Shown in pieces: positions 1-11,400 of a stretch of DNA of 64,000 nucleotides. The notes below the pieces were generated by a model that was not told the DNA's origin, made no database searches, and saw only the letters and a program-made list of their open reading frames with translations. This DNA is from Glaucostegus cemiculus (Eukaryota): positions 13,020,001 through 13,084,000 of the forward strand of contig CDPCPM010000010.1 of the NCBI GenBank assembly GCA_976551045.1. The letters run 5' to 3'. Numbering within the stretch: position 1 is the first letter of the stretch; each line of letters starts with the position of its first letter. The translations under genes and the position numbers were made by a program.

Positions 1-361
1 GAATGTGCAAATTAAAAAGGATGAATTAAGTATAGAAAGAGAAATAGAGAGGGAAAGAAAAAATGTTTTAAGAGATAAGGAGCGATAGAAAGTAAAATAG
101 TTTAAATTTAAACAACGCACAATGCCATCACAGCTTAAACAATATGAAAGTTGCTAAATGTACTGTAGGTTCCATTTAAGAAACATTAAAATGCATTTTC
201 ACAACCTCAAGACAACCCCAACTAATTAACTAATGAAGCAATTAATTAGTAATCAGTGTTAGAAAGTAGGCAATGTGGTAATCAAGTTGCACCAAGCAGA
301 TCCAGAGAGTAGCAATACAATATTAATAATTTGTACTACAGATGTTAATTGAAGGACCAAT

Positions 362-903
362 TGTCATGATTCTGAGGACTGGCCCTGGATTTGGTTCCTC
401 AGATGCCTCGTTGTACAGCACATGGATTCCATGCTGGACTGATTGCACAATGACACACACCTGAGCCCCATCAGGGGCCTAGCATAAGTACCTGGGTTTC
501 TGTAGCACTAATGGCTAGAGTATTGGTCAACTGTGAAGATTCAGTTTGGTTCCTAACTGCTCAGAGTGGGCTACTCTAGAACAGTCCTGCGTTCTCTAGT
601 CCTGCTTGAAGATTCAGTTTGTGTTGGGATTACTACTCGGATCTCTGAGGCAAGATTTCCTTCTAGTGTTGCCTGTGTCTGGTCCTGAGGAAGTATCCTG
701 ACTCCAGTCTTGTACCAGTGTGTGTTCTCTCTTCCTGCTTGAAGATTCAGTTTGTGTTGGGATTACTACTCAGATCTCCGAGGCAAGATTTCCTTCCAGT
801 GTTGCCTGTGTCTGGTCCTGAGGAAGTATCCTGACTCCAGTCTTGTACCAGTGTGCTGCATTTGGGTTCTCTGTGATCTTGCTCATCAATCAACATTGTG
901 ACA
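362..903 (+). mobile_element. Solo LTR of an LTR retrotransposon (Gypsy-like or BEL-like)
   Basis: TGTCA...TGACA termini, perfect 5-bp target-site duplication CCAAT (357-361 and 904-908), 542 bp, no internal coding region. Confidence 0.85.
600..855. repeat. Direct duplication inside the LTR, period 133 bp
   Basis: 600-722 and 733-855 are near-identical (3 substitutions seen). A short third copy of gaagattcagtttg sits at 535-548. Confidence 0.95.
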
Positions 904-1244
904 CCAATACTGGCAAACACAACTTTACATCCACCTGAGGGAATAGCTTGTTTTTTAACATCTCATTTGAAACTCTATGTTCCTTCAGTGGTGCTCTGAA
1001 ATGTCAGCCTATACTTTGACATTAAACTTCTGCAGTAGGGGTTCTCACTCACAGGCATGAGTTTTACCAAAAGCTATCTTATTTTGCATTCACACTTAAC
1101 AACCTAAAGACTAAGTAAGTATAATCTTGAAATTTTAATCCAATGTTGAGAGTTACTTTGTTATTTCAAGGATGATAGTACCTTGCAATGATGGTAAATC
1201 TATACCAAACACATCTGTCTTTATCACCTCCAAATATGACTGTC

Positions 1245-1520
1245 AGTTTCCTCCTGGTTGGACACAATACTCCCCTCCATAAACTTCAATTCATCCAAAA
1301 CGCCTCTACTGCACCAAGTCACACCCACCCATCACCTGATCTTTGGTTGTCAACATACGTCCTGGGTTACTGATTATTTAAACCTGAAGTTCTCATTCTT
1401 ACATTTACTAATTTTGTTCCTTTCTATTTCTGTCACCTCAATCAGTACAATTCCCTCTTCATTATTGAAGCCACAGTATTACTCTGAGTTTGGCCTTTTT
1501 TACCTCCTCTCCCTTTAACC
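1245..1520 (+). mobile_element. L2 LINE 3' ORF2 remnant
   Basis: Translates to PLHKLQFIQNAS...HPSP, then LKFSFL, resembling the L2 C-terminal motif LQLIQNSAAR...ITPVL..LHWLP..FKIL. Confidence 0.55.
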
Positions 1521-2859
1521 CACCAATTGGAATATAACATCAGCTAACTTTATTCTGCTCACTAAATTTTTTTATTCATTGCTTCATACAGTTAAACCTT
1601 CCACCATGTTATAACTCTATGTTTCAATTCCTGCACGTTCTGCATGCTTCACTCTACAAGTGTTCTGTTCCTCCCGAACATTCTACATCCGACTAAGCTG
1701 TATGCATTTACATTTATTGGAATTTAGCAGGTTTCACTTATCACTTTATAGTTTCCTATTTGGACAATGTTTACTTTAGGCGCTTTATTACAGTTGTGAT
1801 ACAAACATCAATAGTAAGGATAGTAACGATTCTTATGCTCTTTTTCTGGAGGCCCTATTTAGTAGTTCCCTCCAAATGAATGAAGCCTTGCTTGCCTATT
1901 CCTGAACCATCTCTATGAATCAATTATTTACTTCACTTTTTAATTCTAATATTCTTACCCTTGGGTAGCTCAATTCACTTGTCAGCAAAGGTTAATTTAC
2001 TGACTCTGTTTATATTATCCCTTTCCACTTTAGCCTGTTTCCCTGTTACGAGATGTTCCTCCCATCTTTCAAGACCCGCGCGAACTGCTCTACGCGAACA
2101 CTCCGACCAAATTAATTTAGTAACCACTACGCTCTTTGAATTCACTTCATTGACCTGATTTTAAAAGTGTTATTGGTAGTATCTGCCATTTTTAAGATCT
2201 ATACATTTGTTTTCTTGTCACAGAAAGCTCATATCTAGGTAATCTTGAAAACTTTGATTTTGTAAAACCCTCCCTCCCAAGCGATCCATACCGTTGATTG
2301 CAACCGCATATTTTTTTCTGTAATTGTGATGGGCAGGCAAATGTTATTTGTGAAAATGTACATTCATGAAATGGCGGGAGGGTAATTTTGCACTATGCAG
2401 TGATGACATGGATATGTGAAAATGGGTAAATTATAGAAACTATGAAGTGCATTAACATCGGACGTCAACTGCTTTGCTACGAACTGCAAAAATCTCTTGA
2501 CAGTTCCTATTGTAAGCATTTAGTATTGAAAACTGCATATATTACAGATTTTAAATATCGGTCCATACAATATCCGTGAGCCTTTTCACCTTTGCACCTC
2601 AAAATCAACAGAAACGTCACCCAATCTCTCGGTAAAACACTGCAGCATAAAAAAAACATTGAACTATGAGTTTAACAACATCCCTCTCAGCGCACATTAT
2701 CGAGACTTTTGCGAGAAGAAACACTGTAGTTATTTTCCATTGCAATCCAGACTCGCCGGCTACACGCTCCACAAAAAGAGCCCATAAAATCTAATGTTGT
2801 GGTAAGCGAATGATTAAAAAAAACTCTCTTTATAAGTAACCTTCTAAGAAAATCACCAT

Positions 2860-3130
2860 CAGCTCCTCCGAATCCTCGATTGCTGCTGGAAGTTCCGGGG
2901 GCATACAGTACGTTGCCCTGACGTACTGGAGATCCTGTTGGACGCAGGAGAACGTGATGTCGTGAGACGAGTCGCTTTCTCTTTCCCTCACCATCGATTG
3001 TGCCAAGGTGGCAGCACTCTGATCAGGCCTTCCTAATAAAACTGCACTTCACTGTTCGGCCATCACAGTTCTGGCAGGTAATCACACCTATATTTGCAAA
3101 GTCTGCAAGCAGAGAAGCTTCAAGGTAAGG
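2860..3130 (+). promoter_or_regulatory. Candidate distal promoter and non-coding first exon of PURA
   Basis: Local CpG cluster, TGACGT half-CRE at 2919-2924, GGAAG motif, strong donor AAG|GTAAGG at 3124/3125 and alternative donor CAG|GTAATC at 3077/3078. A matching acceptor lies at 7611. Confidence 0.5.
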
Positions 3131-4199
3131 TCGTAGCCATCCTGTTTATTATTTTAATGGTTTTTTTTCATGTCAAGTGAGCATGGTATATTTTCATCAT
3201 TTTTAAAGACATCAATGTTGTCAATAATATTGCTAGCTCAGTTTTGGGTTGCGAAGGTCCCATCCTATTGGTGGAAGGAGCTTTGCTTTAATGAAACGAC
3301 TGCAAATGTTTTGGTGTTAATAAATTGTGCTCAGATCAGCAGACTATCAATTTATAAAAATATCACACTGAAATTTAGAAAAGCTGGTTTTATTCTATTT
3401 AAGGGTAAATGGTTTAATTTAAAAGCAAATTCTTTCAACAATTTGATTGCAGATTTTAATAAAGTATATTCTATAAAATGTCCAGAAAGCATATTCCAGA
3501 AAGGTTGGTTATTTATATTTTAAGCCTTAGTCATGTTTTTATGATGCTATCAATTCTGGCCCTTAGTTGCGAAATTGCTCGTCGTCTTATCACTAAGAAT
3601 TAATGTGCAATTTAATTGTTATATATTATAGTTTCCCATTTTATCAATAAGGTACATTATTAATAACCTATATTACGTTATAGTAATTCAACGTTTGTGT
3701 TAAGAGGCTAATAACGACGCAAATAATGTATCTTTACGTCAGAAATTGATCCCTTAAACTTGTAAAAGTGTTCAGAAATACTTATACATTTTTTGAAACT
3801 GATTTACTAGTACTGGTTAGAAGCAAATTAGGCTGAGAAAGATGAAGCGAAATGTTGGGTTACATCTGGAATAGAAGAGCGCACTAAACACTGTTAGCGT
3901 TCCTTTAAGATTAAAAAGACAGACGACAAAATAAGAAGACAAAATAAAAACAATTTCAATGACATCTCTTGTTTTAAAAAGATAAATTATAGAGGCCTAT
4001 AAAATTATTTTCGTGGATGTTCCCTGATTGCGACGGGAGTTGGTCACAAATCCAGGCACAATTTACTAAGATTAATCTACCGTGAATGATGTTGTTAATT
4101 TCTTCCGTACGTTGTGGCAAAGATGCACAATCGTTCCGTATGAACATTTCCCACGCGGCGTTGAGAAACCTATCTTGCTTAAGTACCAACTGAAAAAAG

Positions 4200-4340
4200 A
4201 TTCCCAAGCTAACGGGCGTGTTCAATTGGTGTCGGGATGTAAAGGATGAATAACATACCTTTGCAAAAGGAAACTTGTGTGTGCCGTCTGAGGACGGGGC
4301 GGGGAGTGGGAGTCTTGGTATGTGGAGTGGCCAATGTAAA
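4200..4340. promoter_or_regulatory. GC-box/CCAAT cluster, possible alternative promoter or enhancer
   Basis: ATTGG 4225-4229, GGGGCGGGG 4296-4304 and CCAAT 4331-4335 within CpG-retaining DNA. Confidence 0.35.
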
Positions 4341-6569
4341 TCACTTAGCAAACGTTCAATGTAAAAATGTTACATCTAGAAGATGAAGCAGTCTTATTTA
4401 CCTAGGGGCTTGAAAGCAAGGCATTTTGTCTTCAATTATCTTGAAAGTTATCAAAAAAAGTCTACTTTTCTCAATCGTTTACAAATGATCTGATCTGAAA
4501 AACAGCATACACTTTAAAATTGACTTTTCATTAAATTATGCGTTCTGGGGAATTTTGTATTTGATTGTTCGGCCAAAAGAGTCCTATATTACTAACTCAG
4601 GTGACAAGGTAGAGTGTTATAAACAATCTAAGCACCATTTTAAATTACTTTAAGGTGTTTCTACGTACAATCTATGTCGGGCTCACTATAAGATAAACGC
4701 CTAAACAAAATAAGGGACGATGCATTTTAAAACACTTTTTTTCTTAATCTGTTCATCCCTCGTGGCTATCTGAGTGCTTCACAAAAGAAAGAACTTGCAT
4801 TTGTATAAGTGACCACTTTGTCTTAACTTATTTAACGGTTTAAAAACTGAACTAAATGTTCGCTCTTTGTTGAAACTCACATTTCTCGTCAGGGTCAAAT
4901 TTATAGAATTAAAACAATTTGGCGATTTTGCTATGGAAACGCTGCTATGGAAAGCAACATTTTCCAAGTGCTGATGATCCCTAATTTCAAGTCAACGTTG
5001 GTCCAACATTTTAAAGTAAAGCGTTACATATTACAGGCATGATTAAAGCATGTCTCGTTTGGGATAATTTTGGTAGAATGTTTTATTTGATGCATCCTTC
5101 ACAATATTACAGAAATTCTGATTGAGAAAGACTGATATTCTGATAATGTGTTGGTTATTGCAATATTCTGACTTCTGTCTATTAGCGGAAAGTAAATGGA
5201 TAATTTCAGATTAAACGTGGAAAATTAAATCCTTTTTTAATATTTATCAATCGCGCGTTTATTTCAAAGGATGAAATGCTGTCATTCGAAGTAAATATTG
5301 GCACTAAGTGAAAAAGTAAACGGAATTAAGATCAATCGTGGCGTAAAGCTAGTTAATTAAGTGAAAAGATATATAAACTGAAATAAATAAATTCGTTATA
5401 AAAAGAAGTTTAATTGGAACTTCTTTGCATTACGAACATATTTGAGCTTGAATAATTTCATTTCCCGCGAATTTGAGTGAAATTATGTTTAACTTAATAG
5501 ATGACTGGCGGAGTTCAGCACTAGCTTTTTACAAATATATTTCCAATTTCAATACGATGTGAAGTTTGTGGCTAAAAGTGAAATCATAACCTGTAGCGTA
5601 GATATCAAACTCTTCGGCAACCCCTATAAACAGTTTATTGAATACTGTTTGTTTCTTAGAAATCGGGAATGTTTCCCATTTCAGAAATCCTTTCTCTTCC
5701 CAACACCGCGATCGATGTGTTTACGAACACGGCATCTTTTTTCTTCAAGTAATTAAGTTTCTATTTACACAAATATAATGAGTCGAACTAGAAACTGTAC
5801 AATCTACAAAATGATGGGCAAGATAAGAAGCTTCTATTGCATCCAGGCTGCACCAATTTTAGCACATAAACCTGCAAGGGAAAAGATGGTGAATATAATG
5901 ACTACATAATCAATGTTCAATAGTATCTCATAGAAAAGATGAGTTATTTGTATAATTTCACTTTCATCGTGGAAAATAGAACTCGTTGCTAAATGTTGTC
6001 AGAGCTTGCATCTTTTGATGAATTTGTAATTATATACAAAACTGTCTTTCCTTTCGAATCACTTCACAACAATTAATATTCTTAGTTTTTGATCTCTTTA
6101 CCTGAAGGTCTATAATGTATCAACTTTTATTTGAGTTTTAAACTGTTAGGATCTTTTGTACGAGAATATGATTAAATGCAAATGATGTTAGAGATTAGAT
6201 TAATCGTTTACATTATGAGATGTTTCGATTTTGTCGGACATATTTGAAGGTTTATGGTAAACGTTAGACTTGTTATTGATCAGTAACATTTACAACTGAT
6301 CAGTTACAATAGGGGAATACACGAAATCTTGAAAAAATATTAAAGCATATCGAAATCCCCAATTTTTATCGTTATATTTAATTTTAACGAACAGCGTGTA
6401 AACATTACTTAAACGGACAATAAAGTCGCAGTGTATTATTTGTAATAGCTTTCGTAACACATCGTTCGTTTTCATTTATCCATGATGAACATTTTCAATC
6501 AAAACATGATAGAGTAAGACAGATACGCAAACTGTTCTGAACATGGTTTGTCAATATACTTGAAAACTA

Positions 6570-6670
6570 AAATTCTGATGGAAAGTCATAGAACTGGAAC
6601 GTTAATTATGTTTCTCTCTCCGTAGCTCCTGCCAGACCTGCTAATTCCCAGCATTTTGTTTTTATCTTAT
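6570..6670 (+). mobile_element. Penelope pseudo-LTR remnant
   Basis: ctgatggaaagtcatagaactggaacgttaat...tttctctctcc...gccagacctgct...cccagcattttg resembles the terminal repeat of the Penelope copy starting at 42735. Confidence 0.6.
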
Positions 6671-7499
6671 ATTTGAAAATAAATTTACTTATTTTGACCC
6701 CCAGCTCAGAAAATGCCGGGTGTACAGTCTTTCGTTTTCTGTAACGTGATTTCACGTAAAATACAGGAAATTATCAGAGTAAATTAACTTTTTGATTACC
6801 GATTAGAAATGTTTCAGAATAGATGTTAAATTAACATTGTAACTTGGAGTACTATCCATATTACCCCATTAAATAAACGGATTGATGGTAAGAAAACATG
6901 AAAAGCGTCGTATAATTTATTCCAGTTTCGACTTTCTGGTAGTTTTCCAGCTTTGTGGTAAAAGTGATGCTTTTTAACGAAAGTTTGATTTGACATCTGC
7001 ATAATATATCATAAGCAAATACAATAGCGATTAAAAGAGTCACCGAACTGGAACGAGTTCCACTACCTTAAGCACCTTTAATTTATTTACTGTATTATAT
7101 GTATGTAATAGGTTTACGGATTCATTAGGGAATGCAGCCATTTTGGTTATCAACTGCTGTTATTTATATGTAACACAATAACATAGTTCCATTACCTCTG
7201 GTATTCTGTTTATGTTTTGACATTTGCTGAGTTTAAATGTTTCTCAAAAATTGACTTAATTATCAGGTAATAAATACCTACTACAAAATTAACATATTAT
7301 AATATTATTGCGGGATACTTTTAATAGCAGTGAACAATTACCTATGGTAGAAAAATCTGATGACTAAAATTCCTGACTGTAATCGAACGGGAGCGAAATC
7401 CGTTCCCATCACTTTGCCCACATTATCGATGTTCAATGCCTCACTTTGTCGAGGGCAGACATCAGCTGCTTTCTGCGATACTTGAGCAGTTGGAGACAG

Positions 7500-7658
7500 A
7501 CCGCGAGGTCGGGAGGTTGTAAGGGAACTGGCGATTGGCGGGCGGCGCGCTGCTCCGGAAACCTCGCCCAATGAGGAGGCCTCTAACGAAATGTCTCTTG
7601 CCTTGCTGCAGTCTCGCGAGATCGCCGGCTGCTGGGAGTTTGGAAGAAGGCTACCATC
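7500..7658 (+). promoter_or_regulatory. Proximal PURA promoter overlapping a 3' splice site
   Basis: ATTGG 7534-7538, GGGCGG 7540-7545, CCAAT 7568-7572, branch-point-like CTCTAAC 7581-7587, pyrimidine tract, and CAG ending at 7611. Confidence 0.6.
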
Positions 7659-8459
7659 ATGGCGGATAGAGACAGTGGAAGCGAGCAAGGGGCGGCCAGC
7701 TCCAGCTTGCAACAGCTGCAGCAGGAGACGCAGGAACTGGCTTCGAAGAGGGTGGACATTCAGAATAAGCGCTTCTACCTGGACGTGAAGCAGAATGTGA
7801 AAGGCCGCTTCCTAAAGATAGCGGAGGTGGGAGCGGGAGGCAATAAAAGTCGTCTAACTCTCTCCATGTCTGTTGCTGTGGAGTTCCGCGACTACCTGGG
7901 CGATTTCATCGAACATTACGCACAGCTCGGCCCCAGCAACCCGGACATGCAGACGGACGAGCCGAGGCGAGCTCTGAAAAGTGAATTCTTGGTGCGGGAA
8001 AACCGCAAATATTACATGGATTTAAAAGAGAACCAGCGGGGCCGGTTCCTACGGATTCGTCAGACCGTGAACCGGGGACATGGCCTTGGTTCGCAGGGTC
8101 AAACTATCGCCCTCCCCGCTCAGGGGCTGATTGAATTCCGTGATGCACTCGCTAAACTAATCGACGATTATGGCATCGAAGAGGAACCCACTGAGCTGCC
8201 CGAAGGGACATCGCTCACTGTGGACAACAAGCGATTTTTCTTTGACGTTGGGTCAAACAAGTATGGCGTTTTTATGAGAGTAAGTGAGGTGAAACCATCG
8301 TACCGCAATTCTATCACGATACCCTATAAAGTGTGGGCCAAGTTTGGAAATACTTTCAGTAAATACGCAGAGGAAATGAAGAAAATACAGGAGAAACAGC
8401 GGGAGAAAAGATCTGAACAGCAAGAGGAAGCTCCCGGAGATGATGGGGAGGAAGACTGA
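7659..8459 (+). CDS. PURA: Transcriptional activator protein Pur-alpha (purine-rich element binding protein A), 266 aa, intronless CDS
   Basis: PURA-type N-terminus [11 protein letters not shown]. Three PUR repeats: [82 protein letters not shown]. Acidic C-terminus GEED. Strong Kozak context (A at -3, G at +4). Confidence 0.98.
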   Translation: MADRDSGSEQGAASSSLQQLQQETQELASKRVDIQNKRFYLDVKQNVKGRFLKIAEVGAGGNKSRLTLSMSVAVEFRDYLGDFIEHYAQLGPSNPDMQTDEPRRALKSEFLVRENRKYYMDLKENQRGRFLRIRQTVNRGHGLGSQGQTIALPAQGLIEFRDALAKLIDDYGIEEEPTELPEGTSLTVDNKRFFFDVGSNKYGVFMRVSEVKPSYRNSITIPYKVWAKFGNTFSKYAEEMKKIQEKQREKRSEQQEEAPGDDGEED

Positions 8460-11400
8460 TATAACTGTAATTAAAAACTCTTCCTGTAAAACTGTAACTG
8501 TTTAACTCCGAGGGAGCACCACCCACCAAACCTCCACAACTGACAGTTCGACTTGTCACCCATCGCTGGATGTTCGTCCACTTATCAACCGTGTAAACCG
8601 TAAGCAGCTGCTAAGTAATAACATTATGAACTGTGTTTCCTACTTGATAAAAAAAAACTGAGTGTTTATTTCCCTGATTAACCAAGACTTTTGTACACGT
8701 TCAAGCTATTAAAAGTGTTTGCAATCGTCAGATAATATGCTGAATTATAATGAAATAAGTCCTTTTCATGTGAGCTAACATTTGACTTAGCACAAAATGA
8801 GAGATATTTTAGAAGAACACGTAAATAANNNNNNNNNNNNNNNNNNNNNNNNNNNNNNNNNNNNNNNNNNNNNNNNNNNNNNNNNNNNNNNNNNNNNNNN
8901 NNNNNNNNNNNNNNNNNNNNNNNNNNNNNNNNNNNNNNNNNNNNNNNNNNNNNNNNNNNNNNNNNNNNNNNTGCCGAAGTCTGTAGAGTTAAAAGGTACA
9001 TAGGTTTATTCATGCAAGGTAAAACTATTAAGAAGTGCTCTCTTTTATACAATATGCATTGCATCTGGACCTTAAACATAAAACTGGTCAGTGGAACTTC
9101 TGTGAACATGAAGCAAATTATTAAAAAAGGCATTTAAATGAAAACTGCAAAGTTGTTTGATTTTTACAGACAAATGTTAACCTATGATTAACAAAGCAAG
9201 TAGCACATTTTAAGTTAGGTTATGATAATTTTGCTCTTAACTGTGAATGTGAGTTTCTGGTATTTAATGTATTTAGATTAGTTGTCAAATTATATGCATT
9301 CTATCAGATGGTACATAATTAACAATTGATAGGGAACTTTTAATGTGAGTGCATTCATGTAGCAAGCTATTGCCTAAATTACTGTTGCCTGTAAAGAGAG
9401 GAAATTGCATTTATTTGCTTTGTAGGGGGAAGGGGTCAACTTAACGTTAAGTGGAAATCTGAGTGAGTGACATGTCAATTTATGGGGGCCAACTCTTCCA
9501 GATTACATTTCCTGTTTGGTTAATGTTGTATTTTAGAACATTCTAAAGGCACAGATTATTCTGCACTTTATAGCATCACAGTATTAACATATATAAATAT
9601 AAATATATATATAATTTGGTTTGTTTTCTTTTTGCAGTACAACCTATCAAAAATGTTTTACATGTCTTACTGATTGCTAGTGACTGTTGCATTCATGTGA
9701 ATTATCTGTTGCTGGCAAGTTTGAAAGTATTACATACATTCTAGATCATTAATCACTGTAAAGGTCATGTTTCATTCTTTCTGGATTTTCCCCAGCATTT
9801 TTTTTCTGTAGTTCTTCAGTCAGTTGTGACCTTGTCATTTGGATTATGTAGAGATAAAATTCTTTGTTATATAGTTTAGACTATTTGGCTTTCGTGTGGT
9901 TTGTTTCTAGAATTCTACAACCATTGTGGTAAAGTTTTTAGGACTCTGCTTTTCTGTCGTGAGTAAAGCAAGGGCTGCTTTGTTCTAAACTTGTAACCAA
10001 TAATTCCTGGCTCCAGCCATTTAAGTCGGAGCCACATCTTGCATAAAGTTTTAAAACCTTCCTGAATATTTGTACAGTAAAATATATACATAGGGTATTA
10101 AATATTACCATTACGCACATTCAAATTTCATTGTTTAACTGAAGTTTAGCCATTCATTGTAGATATTTCTTGATAGTTGTGAACCTAGATATTTCTCATC
10201 TACCACTTGATGGTTCTAAGACTCAACACATGGCAATGTGTCATCAAGTAATTTTTATTGTAACATTTGATGCATCATTTTTGTATTTTTTTATAATACT
10301 GAATTTAACAGACATTGCCAGTACTTGCCCAGCCAGTTGCCTTTTACTACGTGCAAAAACAATTAGGTGCTACTGTAATTTGAGACGTGTTATTCATGTA
10401 GCACATTTTCAGTAGCGCTGTTGTAACTAGTGTGAAATTGGGCAATAAACATCACTAACCCTATCACTGTTCAGTTGTTATATAAATATTAAAAGTTGAA
10501 TATCAGATATTTGCATAGGTTTTCTTTAAAAATTTATTTATATTGCCTCTGTATATAAATGCATTGAACAGGCATATTGATGAGGCATCCAATTTTATTA
10601 ATGGATTTCCATCCCCATCACCCCATTCTTGTATCAACTGCACACAAGTCATTCAGATTCTGATTTATCCAATCCTACTGCCAAACAAGGCAAAGTAATC
10701 CAGCCCAGACTGATAGATTTCACACAGGTAGAGCCTTAATTTGGAAACAAAATTACAGCAGACAAGATCAGAAATGCAATCAAATGTAAATTTACTTAAA
10801 TTAAATCAAGATTGTAATGGAGGTTAATAACTGGTAGTATAAACTCATAAATCCAATTCTAAACAGCTGAAGTCCTTATTTTAAGATAATTTATAAACTA
10901 TGTAATAATTATTATGGCAGCCCTTGTTTTAAGTTGTGAGCTGAAACCTGCCCCACCTCCACTCATATTGTATGTGATTTTGAATTTGTGGGCTTGCCAG
11001 TTTGCTTCAAGTGCCAGCAGCTTTGCAGTGCAGCAGTTCAAAGACACATTGGCTTTAATCAGGCCAAGACGGTTGGTACTGGCTTGAATAGTATTCACTG
11101 AAAGCCACTCTGCCTTGTCTGAATACCACTATATTCTTAGTGGCAATAAACATCAAATATGGCTATTTTCATAAGCAGCAATAACCAATATGGCTCAAAA
11201 ATGTTCCACAAAATGGCTTTTCTCAGATTGAAGTCTGTACAGACTTTTAGAATAAGACTATCTGTTTGAAAACAACCTTATATTTTGCAGTGCATTTGAC
11301 TTGCAGCCAAGCCGCTAGAGTTGGCCTCAATTGTGCATAAAAGTTGAGTAGAATCCTGCTGCATTAATAGCTGTCATTTTGCAAGATGCCACAGATTCAA

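Larger units (their letters stand above)
190..1080 (-). mobile_element. Decayed DeuSINE (SacSINE1-like), split by a solo LTR at 362-903
   Basis: Flanks 190-361 and 904-1080 rejoin as gatgttaattgaaggaccaat|actggcaaacac...tttacatccacctgag...tttaacatctcatttgaaa...tgtcagcctatactttg. This resembles the reverse complement of the shark Deu-domain SINE as I recall it. Confidence 0.6.

Noticed and set aside
600-855. Direct repeat considered as a CRISPR-like array
   Set aside because: Only two long (~123-bp) copies inside an LTR, with no unique spacers.
7338-7788. ORFs 7338-7712 (-) and 7591-7788 (+) overlapping the PURA start
   Set aside because: No recognisable protein similarity, and such ORFs are expected in GC-rich promoter DNA. 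The + ORF is kept only as a possible regulatory uORF.
8678-9133. ORFs spanning the N run
   Set aside because: Artefacts of translating through the assembly gap.
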